NCBI RefSeq assembly: GCF_037042905.1
Contig: NC_087252.1
Location: forward strand, 13,890,001 to 13,950,000
DNA from: Lytechinus pictus
Lineage: Eukaryota
DNA length: 60,000 nucleotides
Direction of reading: 5' to 3'
Position numbers and translations under genes: made by a program. The notes under the pieces are model-generated. The model saw nothing but the letters and a program-made list of their open reading frames with translations, was not told the origin of the DNA and ran no database searches. Positions within the stretch are counted from its first letter, which is position 1, and each line of letters begins with the position of its first letter. This document shows, piece after piece, positions 39,719 through 52,828 of this stretch.

Positions 39719-40069
39719 GTACATTAACCTCGGAAGTACCGGACGATACCGTGTTAACTGATGGACAGAAAACGGTACGGATGGGCGACAGTGTTGTCCT
39801 GACATGTCGGTTTCGAGGCTCACCATTGGCTGTCTACTGGAAGAAAGGTGACGACCCAAGAAGGGCGCCAAACCTTGTATCATGGATTCCTACTGATGAC
39901 GTCACCGGTTTATGTGAAGGTCAAAGGCCATGTGAGATCATGGAGATGAATGAAGATCGATCTTTGGTCATCAAAGAAGTCAGCATTGCCGAGGAGGGTC
40001 GATACATCTGTCGAGTATCGAACTACAAGGGATACCTCATTCACAACTTTACAGATATCCGTGTATTTG
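39719..40069 (+). CDS. Gene B exon 2: Ig domain (V/I-set-like)
   Basis: ATAG|GT acceptor, TTTG|GTAAG donor, 351 nt; VVLTC...VYWKK...SLVIKEVSIAEEGRYICRV Ig signature. Confidence 0.93.
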
Positions 40070-41013
40070 GTAAGTCGTGCATATTATATCGGTGCTGATA
40101 TTGATACGTTATTACCATTACCATCAATGATACATGTACAAGAGAACAGATATGTCTAATATACACACAGTAATGACAGTGGCGTATCTAGGGAGGGGCA
40201 AGGTGGCACGTGCTTCGGGCGCGAAATTATTTTTCCCCCGCAGTTCCGGACCCCATGTCTACATATTATGAATATTCGTGACTTGAGTCTTCGAGATAAG
40301 AGACTACCAAACCCATTGGTCTATTAAAGTAAAGTTCCGAATTATCCACTTCTAAGTTAACCATGAGTCATGACATTGATAAGGCTAGCCCTAGCCTATC
40401 CTATACAACATGTTGTCTTGCCATTAATGGCAGTTTGATAAGTGTTTAAGAATTGGATCTAGATATAGATCTAAGGCCTATGTAAGGCTAACGGTAATTT
40501 GAGGGTGCTGATTCATTCGTATCAACGTGAACGGTAACAATTAGTTTTGTGAAAAATAAGTCCACGCGAATGCGTACTCTTATTTGGTTTAGAATCGTTT
40601 ATATTTCATGTAATAAAATAAAAGTAATCAATAGTGAGTGGGAGATGTCAACAGTCATCATTTGCATACACTGTTGAGTGACATTAAGTGAAATTATAAA
40701 ATGTCACAACTTCCTTATTTTGCATCCAATTTTTATGAAATTTTCATTGTCGTGATTTTTGGATTTTGTTCTTTTTGTTACAAAACAACTTTTTGTTTGG
40801 GGTGCACTTGCCATTTCAGTGGGTTGTATCTGCTTCAATAATTCTGACGTGATATACATGTTTTTTTCCTAAAAACATCAAAAGGAAGGAAACGGAGCGA
40901 TGGGGTGTGACCAAATTCTACCTATGGATAAAATAATTTTCACAATTTCATTTTTTAACCTATGCATAGATTTATTTTTACGCTTTTCATTTCCTTGTCC
41001 TCTTATTTTGTAG

Positions 41014-41427
41014 CGCCTCCCTCGGAACCATATCCACGTATTGAGAAATGCCAAGAGGAACCCGTCAACAATGCTCCGCAATATTGCAGCCTCCCAGCTT
41101 TTGACAGTGTCACTATCACCTGCACCGCATCGAATTACTTTCCCGACATTGATCTGTTCTTCATCCACGAATCTATTACGACGAACGCAACATACTCGCA
41201 TACCGGCATCGAGACAAACGTGGACGGCACTAAAAACAGATCGGTTTCCATCGTCGCCAAGCCGAGTGAAACCCCCTATGTGTGCGTGGCGTCCCGTATC
41301 CCTGGATCGCAAGACCGAAGGACAGTGAGTGTAACAGTGTATCCTATTGATACAAAAGTTGCCATGACGACAGCACAAACTAATCAAACGACTCCACCTC
41401 ACCAGAGACATGTAGCAGCCAAAGTTG
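41014..41427 (+). CDS. Gene B exon 3: second Ig domain (C-type-like) plus Thr-rich stalk
   Basis: TTGTAG| acceptor, G|GTAAG donor, 414 nt; VTITCTASNYFPDIDLFF...YVCVAS; N-glycosylation sequons NAT, NRS, NQT. Confidence 0.92.
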
Positions 41428-42123
41428 GTAAGCACTGTATCTTTGTGAGACCTGTGTTAATATAGGTCTCTGCTATGTTCTTGCGCTATGATGAATATGA
41501 TACATTGTGTGTACGTGTGTGTTTGTGAATGGGTGTGTGTGTTGGGGTGGGTCAGTTCCTTTCTTTTCTACTGTGATTTCATTGTATGTGGTAGAGGTTG
41601 TTCCCTTCGTGCATTGGGAGTATATTTGCAGTACCAATTAATATATATTATACAAAATTTCGAAAGGGAACCATCTACATGTATCATAAAACATTAATGT
41701 TTGATTATCTATACTTTCTCTTATCAAAGGCAATTCATGTTGCTTAGCGTTGCAGTAGTGTTACCGACGATTTCCATAAACAACCAGTCAGGACAAGGAT
41801 CAAAAACAGAAGAAGAAAAAAATACATAAACAAATTTGTCAAGCAATATATTACATACATGTGGAATAAGTAGGCATAATACCATTTTATAAATGTATAT
41901 TTGCTTAGAATTCAAAAGTTTTTTTTATAGCACATGTTTACAATAAAGAATTTATCAGGAAAACATTTATGTATTTAACTGTTTAATGTTCCCTTCTCAT
42001 CCAATGGAAGAAATGTATACTTTCGAAGCTTATGATTGCTACATGATGTAGTATTACATACTTGACATTAAGTAATTCTCAATGTTACATTTGGTATTGT
42101 TTCTCTATCTTTGTGTGATATAG

Positions 42124-42210
42124 TTGTACCGCTTATTCTGATAATATTGGTAGCGGTTCTCGTTTGCGTCATCATCTGGTGGTATAGGAAGAAGCGGGCA
42201 TCGAATTACG
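42124..42210 (+). CDS. Gene B exon 4: transmembrane helix
   Basis: ATAG| ... G|GTATGT, 87 nt; VVPLILIILVAVLVCVIIWWY followed by the RKKR stop-transfer cluster (not in the ORF track). Confidence 0.92.
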
Positions 42211-42739
42211 GTATGTATATCATCACCTAATCATATTCTTTCATATTCAGTAACATGCAACAAGAGAATGAATGAGAGATTAATTAAGAAATTAAAATGA
42301 CAAGCACAACAGGGTTCTTTTTAAGGTCGTAGACCTAAAGAAATAGCTTAAACCTTAAGCCGGTTTCGTTTTTCTAATAACTAATCGGGCTACGTACCTG
42401 TTTAATGAAGACTAAATCGATAATAAATCAATCAATAAATGAATAAAAACAAACAGTCTGGTAAAAGGGGTAATCACCACAAGCTAATAAAATCTGTAAT
42501 TCATACATGCTTTATACAGGAACTACTCTGTAGGGGAAGCTATCATGATTATTGAAACTTCCACATGTATTAGTTTAATAAATTTAGATGATTAAAAGTT
42601 TTTATATCCCTCTTTTAAATATTCATGAGTATTATTCTAGATAAACGATTGGTCAATTCGTGATCATGTGACAATGTATAATTTCAATAGGAAGACACAT
42701 CGCTGCAATTAGCTCTGTATAGTTCACAGTTCGTTTCAC

Positions 42740-43390
42740 TTGATTGTAATATTTCTGAACGTAAACCTGTCCTTTGTGGAGTTCCACAGGGCAGCATTCT
42801 TGGCCCACTTTTGTTACTTATATAAATGCTATTGATATGTCATCTAGATTGCTTCAATTTATACTTTTCGCTGATGATTCTAATATATTTCTGTCGCACC
42901 CCGACCCAGAGCAATTGACACAAATATTCAATGACGAACTAAAAAATGTTTCGAATTGGATAACAACTAACAAACTCTCTCTTAACCTCGAAAAAACTAG
43001 CTACATGCTATTTAGCAACAAGATTACGACTGTACCAAAAGATGTAATTATAAATGATACTGTCATTCAAAGAGTGCGATCTACTAAATTTTTGGGACTG
43101 ATCATTGACGAAAAACTTTCTTGGTGTCATTAGAAAATTAAGTTCCTTATACCCCATTATATTTTGTTATCATTGTATTCAACTTTAATTTTACCTTACT
43201 TGAATTACGGAGTTATTGCAGGCGAGTTCCTTTCATTTACCTTTTAAATAGAACATCGTTTGCACATAAGACATTTGTTTTTAATGGTCCAAAATTATGG
43301 ATTTTTTTTTCAAAGGATATTATACAATGTAATTCAATACAAAATTTCAAAGGAAAACTTAAAAAATATCTTCTGAATTCATATTAGATT
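42740..43390 (+). mobile_element. CR1/L2-group LINE RT fragment
   Basis: CGVPQGSILGP (frameshifted), FILFADDSNIF, NKLSLNLEKT, KFLGLIIDEKLSW. Confidence 0.85.
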
Positions 43391-43469
43391 ATCGTTTCTT
43401 CACAAAGTAATGTAATTCAGAACTTAACAGAAAATTAGTTAACTTATTACCATCCTTTATAATTATCAT

Positions 43470-44580
43470 TGGACTTTTCGTCTGACCAAAGCCTTTGACT
43501 TGGTCAGCACGAGTGCACTTTTTAGCCTCCTGTAGAAGATAGGCTCCCCAAGACTGATGGTCATATCATTCCATGTACGCAGTTTGCTGCAACGCTGGAA
43601 CATCTGGTAGCGTCCCTCAGTTCCTAGCTGTAGTGTGAAGCAATTAGGCTGCGCCTGGCCCTGACACTCGTTGGGATCTTCTTCTCCATGCTTCCCCAGT
43701 ATGCATATGGCGAATGCACAGAAGGCATCTACATATATATCCGTACCACAGCAGATGGGGAAACTCTTCAACATCGACCGGCTACGTGTCAAAACACTGG
43801 TCAGGTCGTGAGATGTTGTACGGCAACTCGACGTCGCACCTGCCTTTCATAAAGAAGCGTGAATAGGCCTACAAGACCAAGTCATACAGCCGCCTGTCCT
43901 GTGAATGTAATGAGTTTGGATCATCCATCAGCCTGTAAGACAGAAATCCTGATCGACTCAAGACACTGACTGTCCTCCAGATATATCGATCAACAGCACG
44001 CACACGTCTGGTTGTGGTGGACTCCTCACCTACCTTGGATTGACTATATGTCTCTCATTCCCTTTCACTGGACAAGGAGATAAGCACAAGGATATAGGAA
44101 AATCTGTCACAGCCATGGCCAAGCTCCTCGCCGGAAATAAGTCCTTGAAAACGTACGCCGATCAAGAAAAGCGGCGAAACATCTTAAATGTCAGCTGTCT
44201 CGGACGTATCCTGCACGTTAAATGGCAGGACAGAGTGAAAAATACAAGGCCCTTCAGCGTACGTGCATGCTGGCATATTCTCGTTCCTTAGTGCCTCAAG
44301 TGTTTTGGCAAGTTCGCCGCATGAAACTTTGGCAAATCCTAGAAGGGATTCGCCAACGTAAGGTGAGTTGTGGTCCCCAGATAGATCACACCTCTGTTAT
44401 AAACACACCTGCAAATGTGACATAAAACTTGCCCGCATAAACACTAACAATTGTGAAGATGTATTATGGTAGTCGCCATTGATGGAGAGCTACTAAGTAC
44501 AGGGATCAAGACGTCAGAAAGTAATTGGAATGCTAAATTGGCAGACCAAGGACCAAGGAGGAAGGCTTGGGCAGCATTTA
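43470..44580 (+). mobile_element. Decayed RTE-clade LINE fragment
   Basis: Frame-broken LTKAFDLVS, V.QLGCAW/LAPTL.GIFFSM-like, DGKLFN and CLGRILHVKWQDRV motifs. Confidence 0.7.
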
Positions 44581-44789
44581 TATCTGAACCTGAAAATATG
44601 GTGAAAACACTTTAACATTCAAATAAGACTTTAAAGCCTCTTCAGTGCAAAAGTATGTATGGACATTAAAAATATTAATAAAAACACGCAGAATGGATCA
44701 TAGCGCCTAAACCTAAAGATGATTCATTCTAAGGTGAGCAGTTGGTGTCGAACGTCTGACAACATCTCAGATCTGAATGAAATCCCCTT

Positions 44790-45495
44790 ACATAAGCTCT
44801 TACACTATTATAAGCCTCAGAAAGTTATTTTCAAGATGGCGTTTGCGGCCATCTTAGAAATGATCTGAAGATTATCCGTTATTGTAAAATTACATCAGAA
44901 ATTGAATCAACATACCAAATGACTCACGAATAGAGATATTATTCATGATTCTGGGGCAAAAGATTCAAAAGCTAATATTTCAAGATGGCGTCATCTGGCG
45001 GCCATCTTCGATTTGACCTGAAGATGACATTATATTGCAAAATAGATAGCAGAAAGAGATTCTACACACCCTAAACCCATAAACAGAGGTATTACTCATC
45101 ATTCTGGGACAAGGGGTTAAAATTCAATTTTTCACGATGGCATCTGGCGGCCATATCTTGAATTTGACCTGAAGATGACATTATATTGCAAAGATAATGA
45201 TAGAAATGGATTCTACACACCCCTAAACCGCCAAAAGGATTTATTATTATTATTTTGGGGCAAGCGGCTTCAAAAGTTAGGGTTTCAAGATGGCATGGCG
45301 GCCATTTTGGATTTATGCAAATTAGCAAAATTGCCCAAACGTTCTAGGACCCCATTGCAATACGAATCAAGAAAATAAATTCATCGGAAAGCACATTTCT
45401 AGGTTCGGAAACTATCAAATCGACTATTCTTATTTTGGATATGTACCGATACCTTCCCTGGTGACTTATTGTTGGTTTTAGGGTGGCTGGACTCA
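44790..45495. repeat. Degenerate ~120-bp tandem repeat with CAAGATGGCG...GCCATCTT palindromic cores, probably a DNA transposon remnant
   Basis: Core motif recurs near 44832, 44981, 45135 and 45286. Confidence 0.6.
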
Positions 45496-45587
45496 TTTTG
45501 TTGTTATTCTGAAGATGATGATGATTATTATTATTAATATCATTATTATTATCACTTTTATTATGATCATTATTATTATTATTTCAG

Positions 45588-45638
45588 GGAAAGGGGACTT
45601 GGAAGCGTCGCCTTTGCGCCCGATGCAAGATATCAAAG
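45588..45638 (+). CDS. Gene B exon 5: juxtamembrane micro-exon (GKGDLEASPLRPMQDIK)
   Basis: TTTCAG| acceptor, AAAG|GTAAGT consensus donor, 51 nt, phase 1-1, open frame. Confidence 0.8.
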
Positions 45639-46828
45639 GTAAGTCTATCCCATGCATATCATCTTAATCCATATTTCAGCCTTTTCAAACAAAATCATTT
45701 AATAGCACACTATAATTTTTGCTTCCCTTCTCTCTTTCTCCCTTTCCTCACTGTGAAGAAAACCTACGTGCACATTCCATCCCTATAGAGTACCGAAGTA
45801 TGACGTCACTGTCATGACAACGAACCAGCTGGTTATAAACAGAGTCGCAGTTGACGATCGTCTATTTGCATTTGCAAAAATTATCATCATTCTGAGGTTG
45901 CAAGCGATGAAATTCCGTTAGCGGCCATTTCTCCAATGAGAAACACGCTCCGGGTTCATTTGTTTAGAACCAGGCCGTCATACTATGGCAACTGACGTCA
46001 TTGCTTCGGATATTTCCGTATCCCTAACTTTTTTTACAAAAAAATCAGAAATTGAGCGACTAATTCTCAATTTATTTTGCCAAAGCAAATGTCCACTATG
46101 GTGATATTCACGTTGTGGGTTTTTCACTATGTAAATTTATTCAGTGTTAAGGGGAGCGGTGGGTGAAGTAACCGAAACTTTGTGTGGTCTGTTGTAACTG
46201 TGTCTTAGAATTAACTAGTCCACAAAATGCACATTAAGAGATAACCATCGATAATACAGAGATTTAATTTTATTTCGCTCCGTGGTAGCATACTGGTATG
46301 AATGTATTTAGGGTGTATTCGTATGTTCTCATTCAAGCGGGCCTATATTTTAAGACTACACAACTCATAATGTTGCATTGTGTTGTCCAGATGTGAGTAG
46401 TTGAGGACTTGAGGTGGCGCTATATTAAGACTGCTAGTTCGTTGTTGCTTTATCACAGTGTGAACCGGTGTGGAAACGTGTTCCAATTTATCACAGTGGA
46501 ATGACTATGTGAACACACCGTGAAACACAGTGTTGTTGCAGTGTTTTCACAAGGCGTTCTTTCCAGCAGGAAAAAGTATTCATGAAACAGTACTTCAGTT
46601 GTATTTTGTGATTATTATTACCATTATTATTATTTATTGCTATTATAATTATAATTAGCATTATGATCATTATTATTATTATTATTACTACTACCTCTAC
46701 TATTATTTATATTTTCATCATCATTATCATTTACACATTGACATTGTTGACATTGACATTATTATTATTGTTGTTGATATTATTATTACTTTTATTATTA
46801 TTATATCAACTTTCAACTCTCTCCGTAG

Positions 46829-47071
46829 GGAAAGTTTCTTTTTATGAATTATGGAACTTGATACATCACATGGAATCTACATACTCGAGAAAACTACGGG
46901 TGGCCCTCATCAACCTGAATATATGTCGGGCAGAAGATGAACTATCTGCAGACAATGCCTATAATTCGCTTTGTCAATGGAAGGATACAAATACATACGA
47001 TGATGAAGCTGCGGTGCTGAAAAATGCATTAACTGGACATGCACTTAAGCCATTATGGGAAAAAATGTGCG
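46829..47071 (+). CDS. Gene B exon 6: helical death-fold-like module 1
   Basis: CCGTAG| ... G|GTGAG, 243 nt; AYNSLCQWKD...AAVLKNAL pattern. Confidence 0.85.
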
Positions 47072-47579
47072 GTGAGATTTCGTCTTGATACAGCTTATAG
47101 TTACGAGTTGCCCCTTTAATTGTTATAAAGAGGATGTGAAAAAGAAGTGCGAGCATTATCCAATCAAAGTGACAACAATCGTGGCCAGGAAATTCAAATG
47201 GGTGTTGTCTAATAGTCCACTAATATCATTATCTGCGACCTTTATTTTTAAAGAATCTTGAATAATACAATAATCTATATATGTATTAAAAAAGATAAAT
47301 TAATCAACAATGATCATTCACAAAAATAAAACCCTTATTAAATATCTAATTCTGTTTTTTTCACTAATATTTCATATAATCAACTGGACAAACATCTTAT
47401 ATTAATCGGATGAATTACCACCATGTAGGCCCTAATATGCATATGCATAATATTTGTTCAGTAAGTCAATTCTTGTTTTATGATTTGAAAACTTAATTTT
47501 GTAATGCAAGATGAATATGAAGAGTGCATTACTAGAGTCATATAGATATGATCATGATTATGGCGATTTTATTTTTCAG

Positions 47580-47861
47580 GTAAGAGATATGAAGCAACGA
47601 ATGTTCCTGACAAATCATTGAATCGTATTTTATGGAACGTTGGTGGTGATAAACAAGTACGAAGTTTCTTTCGTGAACTTCTACATGACCAACAAGAGAG
47701 TTCGTTGGAATGGTTCGGAAATGAAAGTGATGGAATAAAGGATGCTACGACATTTCTAAGGAAATGGTGTGACAAAGAACATGAAGAAAACCAAATAGTC
47801 CAACTAAGTTTAGCTCTAGAAAGAGCCAATTTCAAGCCTTTAGACAGATCATTTTTCGAAG
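47580..47861 (+). CDS. Gene B exon 7: death-fold-like module 2
   Basis: TTTCAG| ... G|GTGAG, 282 nt; ATTFLRKWC...QLSLALERAN. Confidence 0.88.
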
Positions 47862-48166
47862 GTGAGTTAAAAAAAGAGACCCATCTTTGTCTAATGAGGT
47901 CCTGATAGATGAAAGCTAAAGCATCAAAACTGGTCCCCTGTGTCATTTCTATTTGGTTTGGTAATTGTTGTATTTAAATGATCAGCAAATACATCCATAC
48001 GCCCGCGCATACTTGCATATATGTATATAATTGTGTACATATATACCGTGTGAGTAAAGAAAAAATTGGCACCTCCCAAATCCCTAATATAAGTCATGTA
48101 TATTTCATTTTAAAAAACAACCAATCTGGGTTGTTGATTTTTGTGTTTGCTTTTTATTTCGTGTAG

Positions 48167-48445
48167 ATCTTGAAGTGCCCGAATATCTTCAGCAAGCGAT
48201 AACCCCTGCTGAGATTCAGAAGTGTGTCTACAGACTCACAGAAAGGCATGTTAGGAGGTTGGCCACGTCTGTTAAGATAAAGGATGAAAATCAAATAACC
48301 ACCACCATCGATGAAAATAAGGAAGTGCTGTTGATCGTTGAACAGATGATAAATGACTGGTTGATTGGACAAGAATGTGGCAACTATGAGAAGAGATGTA
48401 AACTGGATGATGCCATCATTGAGATTGGTCGCCATGATATGACAG
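48167..48445 (+). CDS. Gene B exon 8: death-fold-like module 3
   Basis: GTGTAG| ... AG|GTATC, 279 nt; VRRLATSV...EQMINDW...LDDAIIEIGRHDM. Confidence 0.88.
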
Positions 48446-48827
48446 GTATCGTATTCACATCAATATTCTTGTCATAAAACTTTTTAAAACCAGTGGGCTA
48501 TTTTATTTCGTAAAGCTGTTTCCCGGGGGCCACTTCCATTGACGAGTGGATACCATGCGCGAAAACCACCCTAAACAAGTATTTTCCATATTTTGAAAAA
48601 GATACACATAGCTATGCACATGATTGTGGGTCCTGTCTTGTATAAGATTATTTTCATGGCAGTTTACTTTCTTAAATTTAATTGAAATCGTTGCCACTTA
48701 GGAATCGATATGGTTGGTCAGTGTTGTTTCATTAAATCTTATCGTATGATTTTGTCCCCGTTATTAATATGTAAAAACTTTTCGAAAGCAATATTCAAGG
48801 AATTGCTATTCTATTCGTCTCTACCAG

Positions 48828-48905
48828 ATTCATTTGGGACAACGAGCTACAGAGCCCAATCAGGAGACGATCATAAGAGAGAACATTCTTATGCGAAGTA
48901 CTTCG
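48828..48905 (+). CDS. Gene B exon 9: short linker exon (DSFGTTSYRAQSGDDHKREHSYAKYF)
   Basis: TCTCTACCAG| ... G|GTGAGT, 78 nt, phase 1-1, open. Confidence 0.72.
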
Positions 48906-49502
48906 GTGAGTGTAATCCAGGGGCGTACCTACACGGGGGACGTGCCATCCCAGAGATTTGATGTGCCCCCTGAAAAAATATCAATTATTTTCTGCTCACG
49001 CTTCACGCTCGCATTTTTTATGTAGGAAGATACCCAATTACCCATCCTGTTCATGATTTACAAAACATGAAAAGAGGGTCCCGTTTTTTAGTCTAAAACA
49101 TAAATTTTCTTCCGCTCACATCACTTTTTTTTAGTTACATTCCTATCCCTTTCGTAATTACAAACAGTTCCTAGAATGACCCTTTTTAGGTCAGAATATC
49201 AAAAAATTTCACCTCGCGCTTCGCGCTCGCATTATTTTTATTTAATTGCAGAAATATGTATCGTCTTCATGGGTAACTGTAACAGTCCTTACTATATAGG
49301 TCCCTTTTCGGTCAGGCTAGACCGTTTATTAAAAATCTCTGCTCGCGCTTGGCGCACGCAGTAATAATAAATAGTTGCATACGCATCTTGTTCAGGATCA
49401 CAAACATTGCACAGAATGTTAAATTTTCAGGACATATCGAAAGTATTTTCAGTTTAATAAATGATTAAGGCTTCAGGATTTACTATTCATACCATTATAC
49501 CA

Positions 49503-49700
49503 GGCATCGTGGCTCGGTGGTAGAGCGTCCACCGCATGAACCAGAGGTCATGGGTTCGATCCTCGGCCGAGTCATACCAAAGAATGGGACCTTCTGCCTT
49601 AGAACTGGGCACTCAGCAATTAGATTGGAGAAGGGTAATTGCAGGACCCGCTGGTAGAACAGTTTCCTAACTGAAGTGGCTACCCTGGGTAAATAAAACG
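49503..49700 (+). mobile_element. tRNA-derived SINE in intron
   Basis: A-box TGGCTCGGTGG, B-box GGTTCGATCC, SINE-like body ending in AATAAA. Confidence 0.75.
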
Positions 49701-49737
49701 TTATTTTATTTTTTGTGTGTTTTTATATGACCCACAG

Positions 49738-49971
49738 ATTGCAGCAGTTTATTTGATGACGACATCGAATCGTTGCTCAGGTATCTTCCAACAGGTGCGA
49801 TACCAATGTTTCTCCAAAAACTGGGGATTTCACGATCACAAGGAGACGACGATGTCGGAGAAAGGCTCCGATGCTGGAGAGATCAAAGGATCGGGAAACC
49901 CAAAGGATGTTCCCTACAAGAAACAACTGCAATCCTTATAGATACCCTGCAGGAGACAAATAACAATTTCG
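49738..49971 (+). CDS. Gene B exon 10: death-fold-like module 4
   Basis: CCACAG| ... G|GTAAT, 234 nt; FLQKLGISRS...ERLRCWRD...ILIDTLQE. Confidence 0.85.
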
Positions 49972-50791
49972 GTAATTGTCTCAGAACTGATGTAAAACCC
50001 GACGGAATCGAGTCTTTAATGAGAGTTCAAATTTGCTTTTTTGCAAGATTATTAGGAAATAAATCTTGCGTAGTAGATATTGCTTCTAGTCATTTTTGGA
50101 TATTATTCCATTATCACATATTAGAATCCGATCTCGGATATGCAAAGGAGAAAACCTCCCCAACTTCCCCCATTTCTGAAAAGAATTACACTGGATTCCG
50201 TATAAAGTGGATATTCTTAGTGGCCTTAATTCTTATTAAATCTTGACCAAAAGCATGAAACACGTGATATCAAAATTGATATCCTATATATATTTGAATT
50301 CCTTTTTTTCTCCAAAATGCACTTCTTTAGTTAAGAAAAGTAGGAATTCACATTTATTTTGGATATGTTTTGGTGGCAGAACCTTCCCAGCTACTTGTCA
50401 AACCAACTTTACGCTCAGATGCGGTTACTTCTCTAAACTAAGGCCTTCCATGACAACATTTCTCCTACTGAGAGCATACAGTCCGTAAATGTATTTACTA
50501 CACATTCCTAATTTCCATTTTACCTTATGCGCATGGGAAGCTAAGACGACCATGATATATTAACATTGCATTTGTTTAACGATCATTATCAATTTCTTAT
50601 TTACATTGTTACTACATGAACTGAGTCGCTGCCGTCGTAAGAGTCATGTTATCAGATCATTTATTATTTATACCAATATTATCATTATAACGGATTACCA
50701 AAAAAAAAAAGATTTTATATTATCATATATTTTTACCAAATATTTTAGGAGTAGTGTATAAAATCTTTTGATTTTTCAAATTGTCTTAAAG

Positions 50792-50992
50792 TGTTGTCCT
50801 TAAACGATGATGATCTGGAAAACATAGTTGCAAGCATGACCTCTCCAAAGCAGATGGAAGTACTCGCATCGAAGCTGAAGATAAAACCGGAGGGACCACC
50901 ATTACAAACCCTCAAAGACTGGATGGATGGGTCTAAAAATGACAATCGTCGTGACATTTTGTGGAAAGCGCTCACTTCGAGTGAATTATCAG
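50792..50992 (+). CDS. Gene B exon 11: death-fold-like module 5 (acceptor uncertain)
   Basis: Phase-1 AAG| acceptor at 50791 and CAG|GTTTGT donor, 201 nt; MEVLASKLKI...LQTLKDWMD...RRDILWKAL. Confidence 0.72.
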
Positions 50993-51651
50993 GTTTGTCA
51001 ACCAAAGTAGAGATACAATGTTGCAAGGAAAGCCATTATTGATCACGGTATTACTCGGTATTAAGTATTTGCTATTGGAAATTAAATACTACGACAATCA
51101 TAAGCAATGCACGTAACTCAAGCGATCACCTAGTAGAAATGCTTGACACCTTGTTTATTTCCTCGCTCCCTTACTTTCTAAAGCTTGGATATGTTGGATG
51201 AAGTATGAATTAAAGTGGCTATCAGATTACAAGCACCGAGGCTGCATAATGGTGGGGGGGGGGGGCAAGAAATTCATCTCCGAAATTCTTCCAGGTCTCT
51301 AATTTTTACCTGCATATGCAATGAACAATGAACATGGATATCAGGTGTAAGGGAAAATTAAGAAAAAGTGTTAGAGATGGTTTAAGTCAGAGCAATCATT
51401 GCAATCTTCAGTATGAACTCCGTTTTTTAATGGAATTACATATAATATTTTTCATTTTAAATTGTTTGTAATTGCGGAATACTATAGTGCTATTTGTTGA
51501 CTAATATTTTACAAAGTTGTATTACATTGCCTTTAGGATGTATAGAAGTCAACAGGGATGGATGAAATAAAATTAAAACCTCACTTGATTTTAATTTCTC
51601 ACTTGTTCCAAAGACGCTTTTCATGAAATGCCTTTCGTTTTCTTTTTCTAG

Positions 51652-51921
51652 GATGCATCGTTCAACAACTTCCTTCAGAACACGTTTACAAACCTGAGAT
51701 GTTACGGTTAGCTTGGAGCATGTTTTCTATTGACGTTCTGCCATTAGCGAACTTACTCGACATGAATATCAACAGAAGGGATTCCCAGTTGAAAGGAACT
51801 GCTAATTTGTTTCTGAAACTGTTTGAAAAATTGATTACCTTAGACTCAGTTCGTCGTCGTGATTTCTTTTTTGCCATCAGAAAACTAGGGTATCTGGATG
51901 TTGCACGATCTGCATATTTTG
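51652..51921 (+). CDS. Gene B exon 12: death-fold-like module 6
   Basis: TTTCTAG| ... G|GTAAG, 270 nt; LPLANLLDM...FFAIRKLGYLDVA. Confidence 0.88.
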
Positions 51922-52567
51922 GTAAGAAATGTAGACAGAGATTATACCTTCATGTAAATTCAATTTAAATATTATATCACTGTTAACCAAACTATCGAAG
52001 GGCATAACTAAAGTTAATGAAAAATGTGACATTTTCGGCCAAGGTTATGATTGATGGATAATTATTTTAAACCTTGGTTCTGGGTGGCAGAATATCCTTA
52101 AGGAATTTCGATGATATGTTTTAGGTTATTTTTTACAGGAAAGTGCTTTAAAAATGGTAGGATTTTAGTTGAGTGGTCAGAAAAATGTGCCCCTCCTAAT
52201 GTGGATTACCAGGTAGGACTACGTCACTAATATCGAAGTAGTCCAGATGGTATAGCTTTTAGAGATTTTTTACATTCACGCACTGCGTTCAACCACTGAA
52301 CTCTTTTCCTCCACTTTGCAGTTACCCACAGATGGGGAATTTTCGAAATTACACGCGAGCGAAAAGCAATCCCGTGAACAATTGACAAAGGTTCCTGAAA
52401 TTTGTTGCTTTTGTCACCTAATATACCTAATTTCCCCCCATTTTTGAATTCGTGTTCTTGCAAAACCTTCGCAAGTTCCTTGAATATGGCCCCTAAGGCA
52501 TCCCTCATCATCTTGTTTAAGGTTTAAAAAAAAATATTTAAAGTTTGATGTATATGTTTATACATAG

Positions 52568-52828
52568 GTTATGACGCAAGCCTTAGCGAACTGTGCAACA
52601 TGGTATCAGGGCTGTCGAAAGTCGAAATTGTGAAGTTGATGGACAATCTGGAATTAGACAAAGATGCTCTCTCAGTCTGTAAAGGAACAACAGGAGAATA
52701 CGACATCGTCAGACTCATGGAGATCTGGAAAGGACGACACAGTTCAGGACCATTCCACTACAGATTAAAGTTAGCTTTAGGTCTACGTGCTGCTGGAAAA
52801 ACCGAGGTTGCCAGGAAGATTATTGCAG
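52568..52828 (+). CDS. Gene B exon 13: death-fold-like module 7
   Basis: ACATAG| ... CAG|GTACGT, 261 nt; KLMDNLEL...RLMEIWK...LALGLRAAGKTEVA; paralog of 1127-1387. Confidence 0.9.

Noticed and set aside
40878..41435. 185-aa minus-strand ORF
   Set aside because: Antisense shadow of the Ig exon 41014-41427
42520..42535. Possible micro-exon after the TM exon (TATACAG|GA)
   Set aside because: Phase-1 reading hits TAG after four codons and no good donor follows
46663..46828. Poly-Ile/Leu N-terminus of ORF 46663-47088 as a TM or signal segment
   Set aside because: It is an intronic (ATT)n microsatellite; the exon starts at the acceptor at 46828
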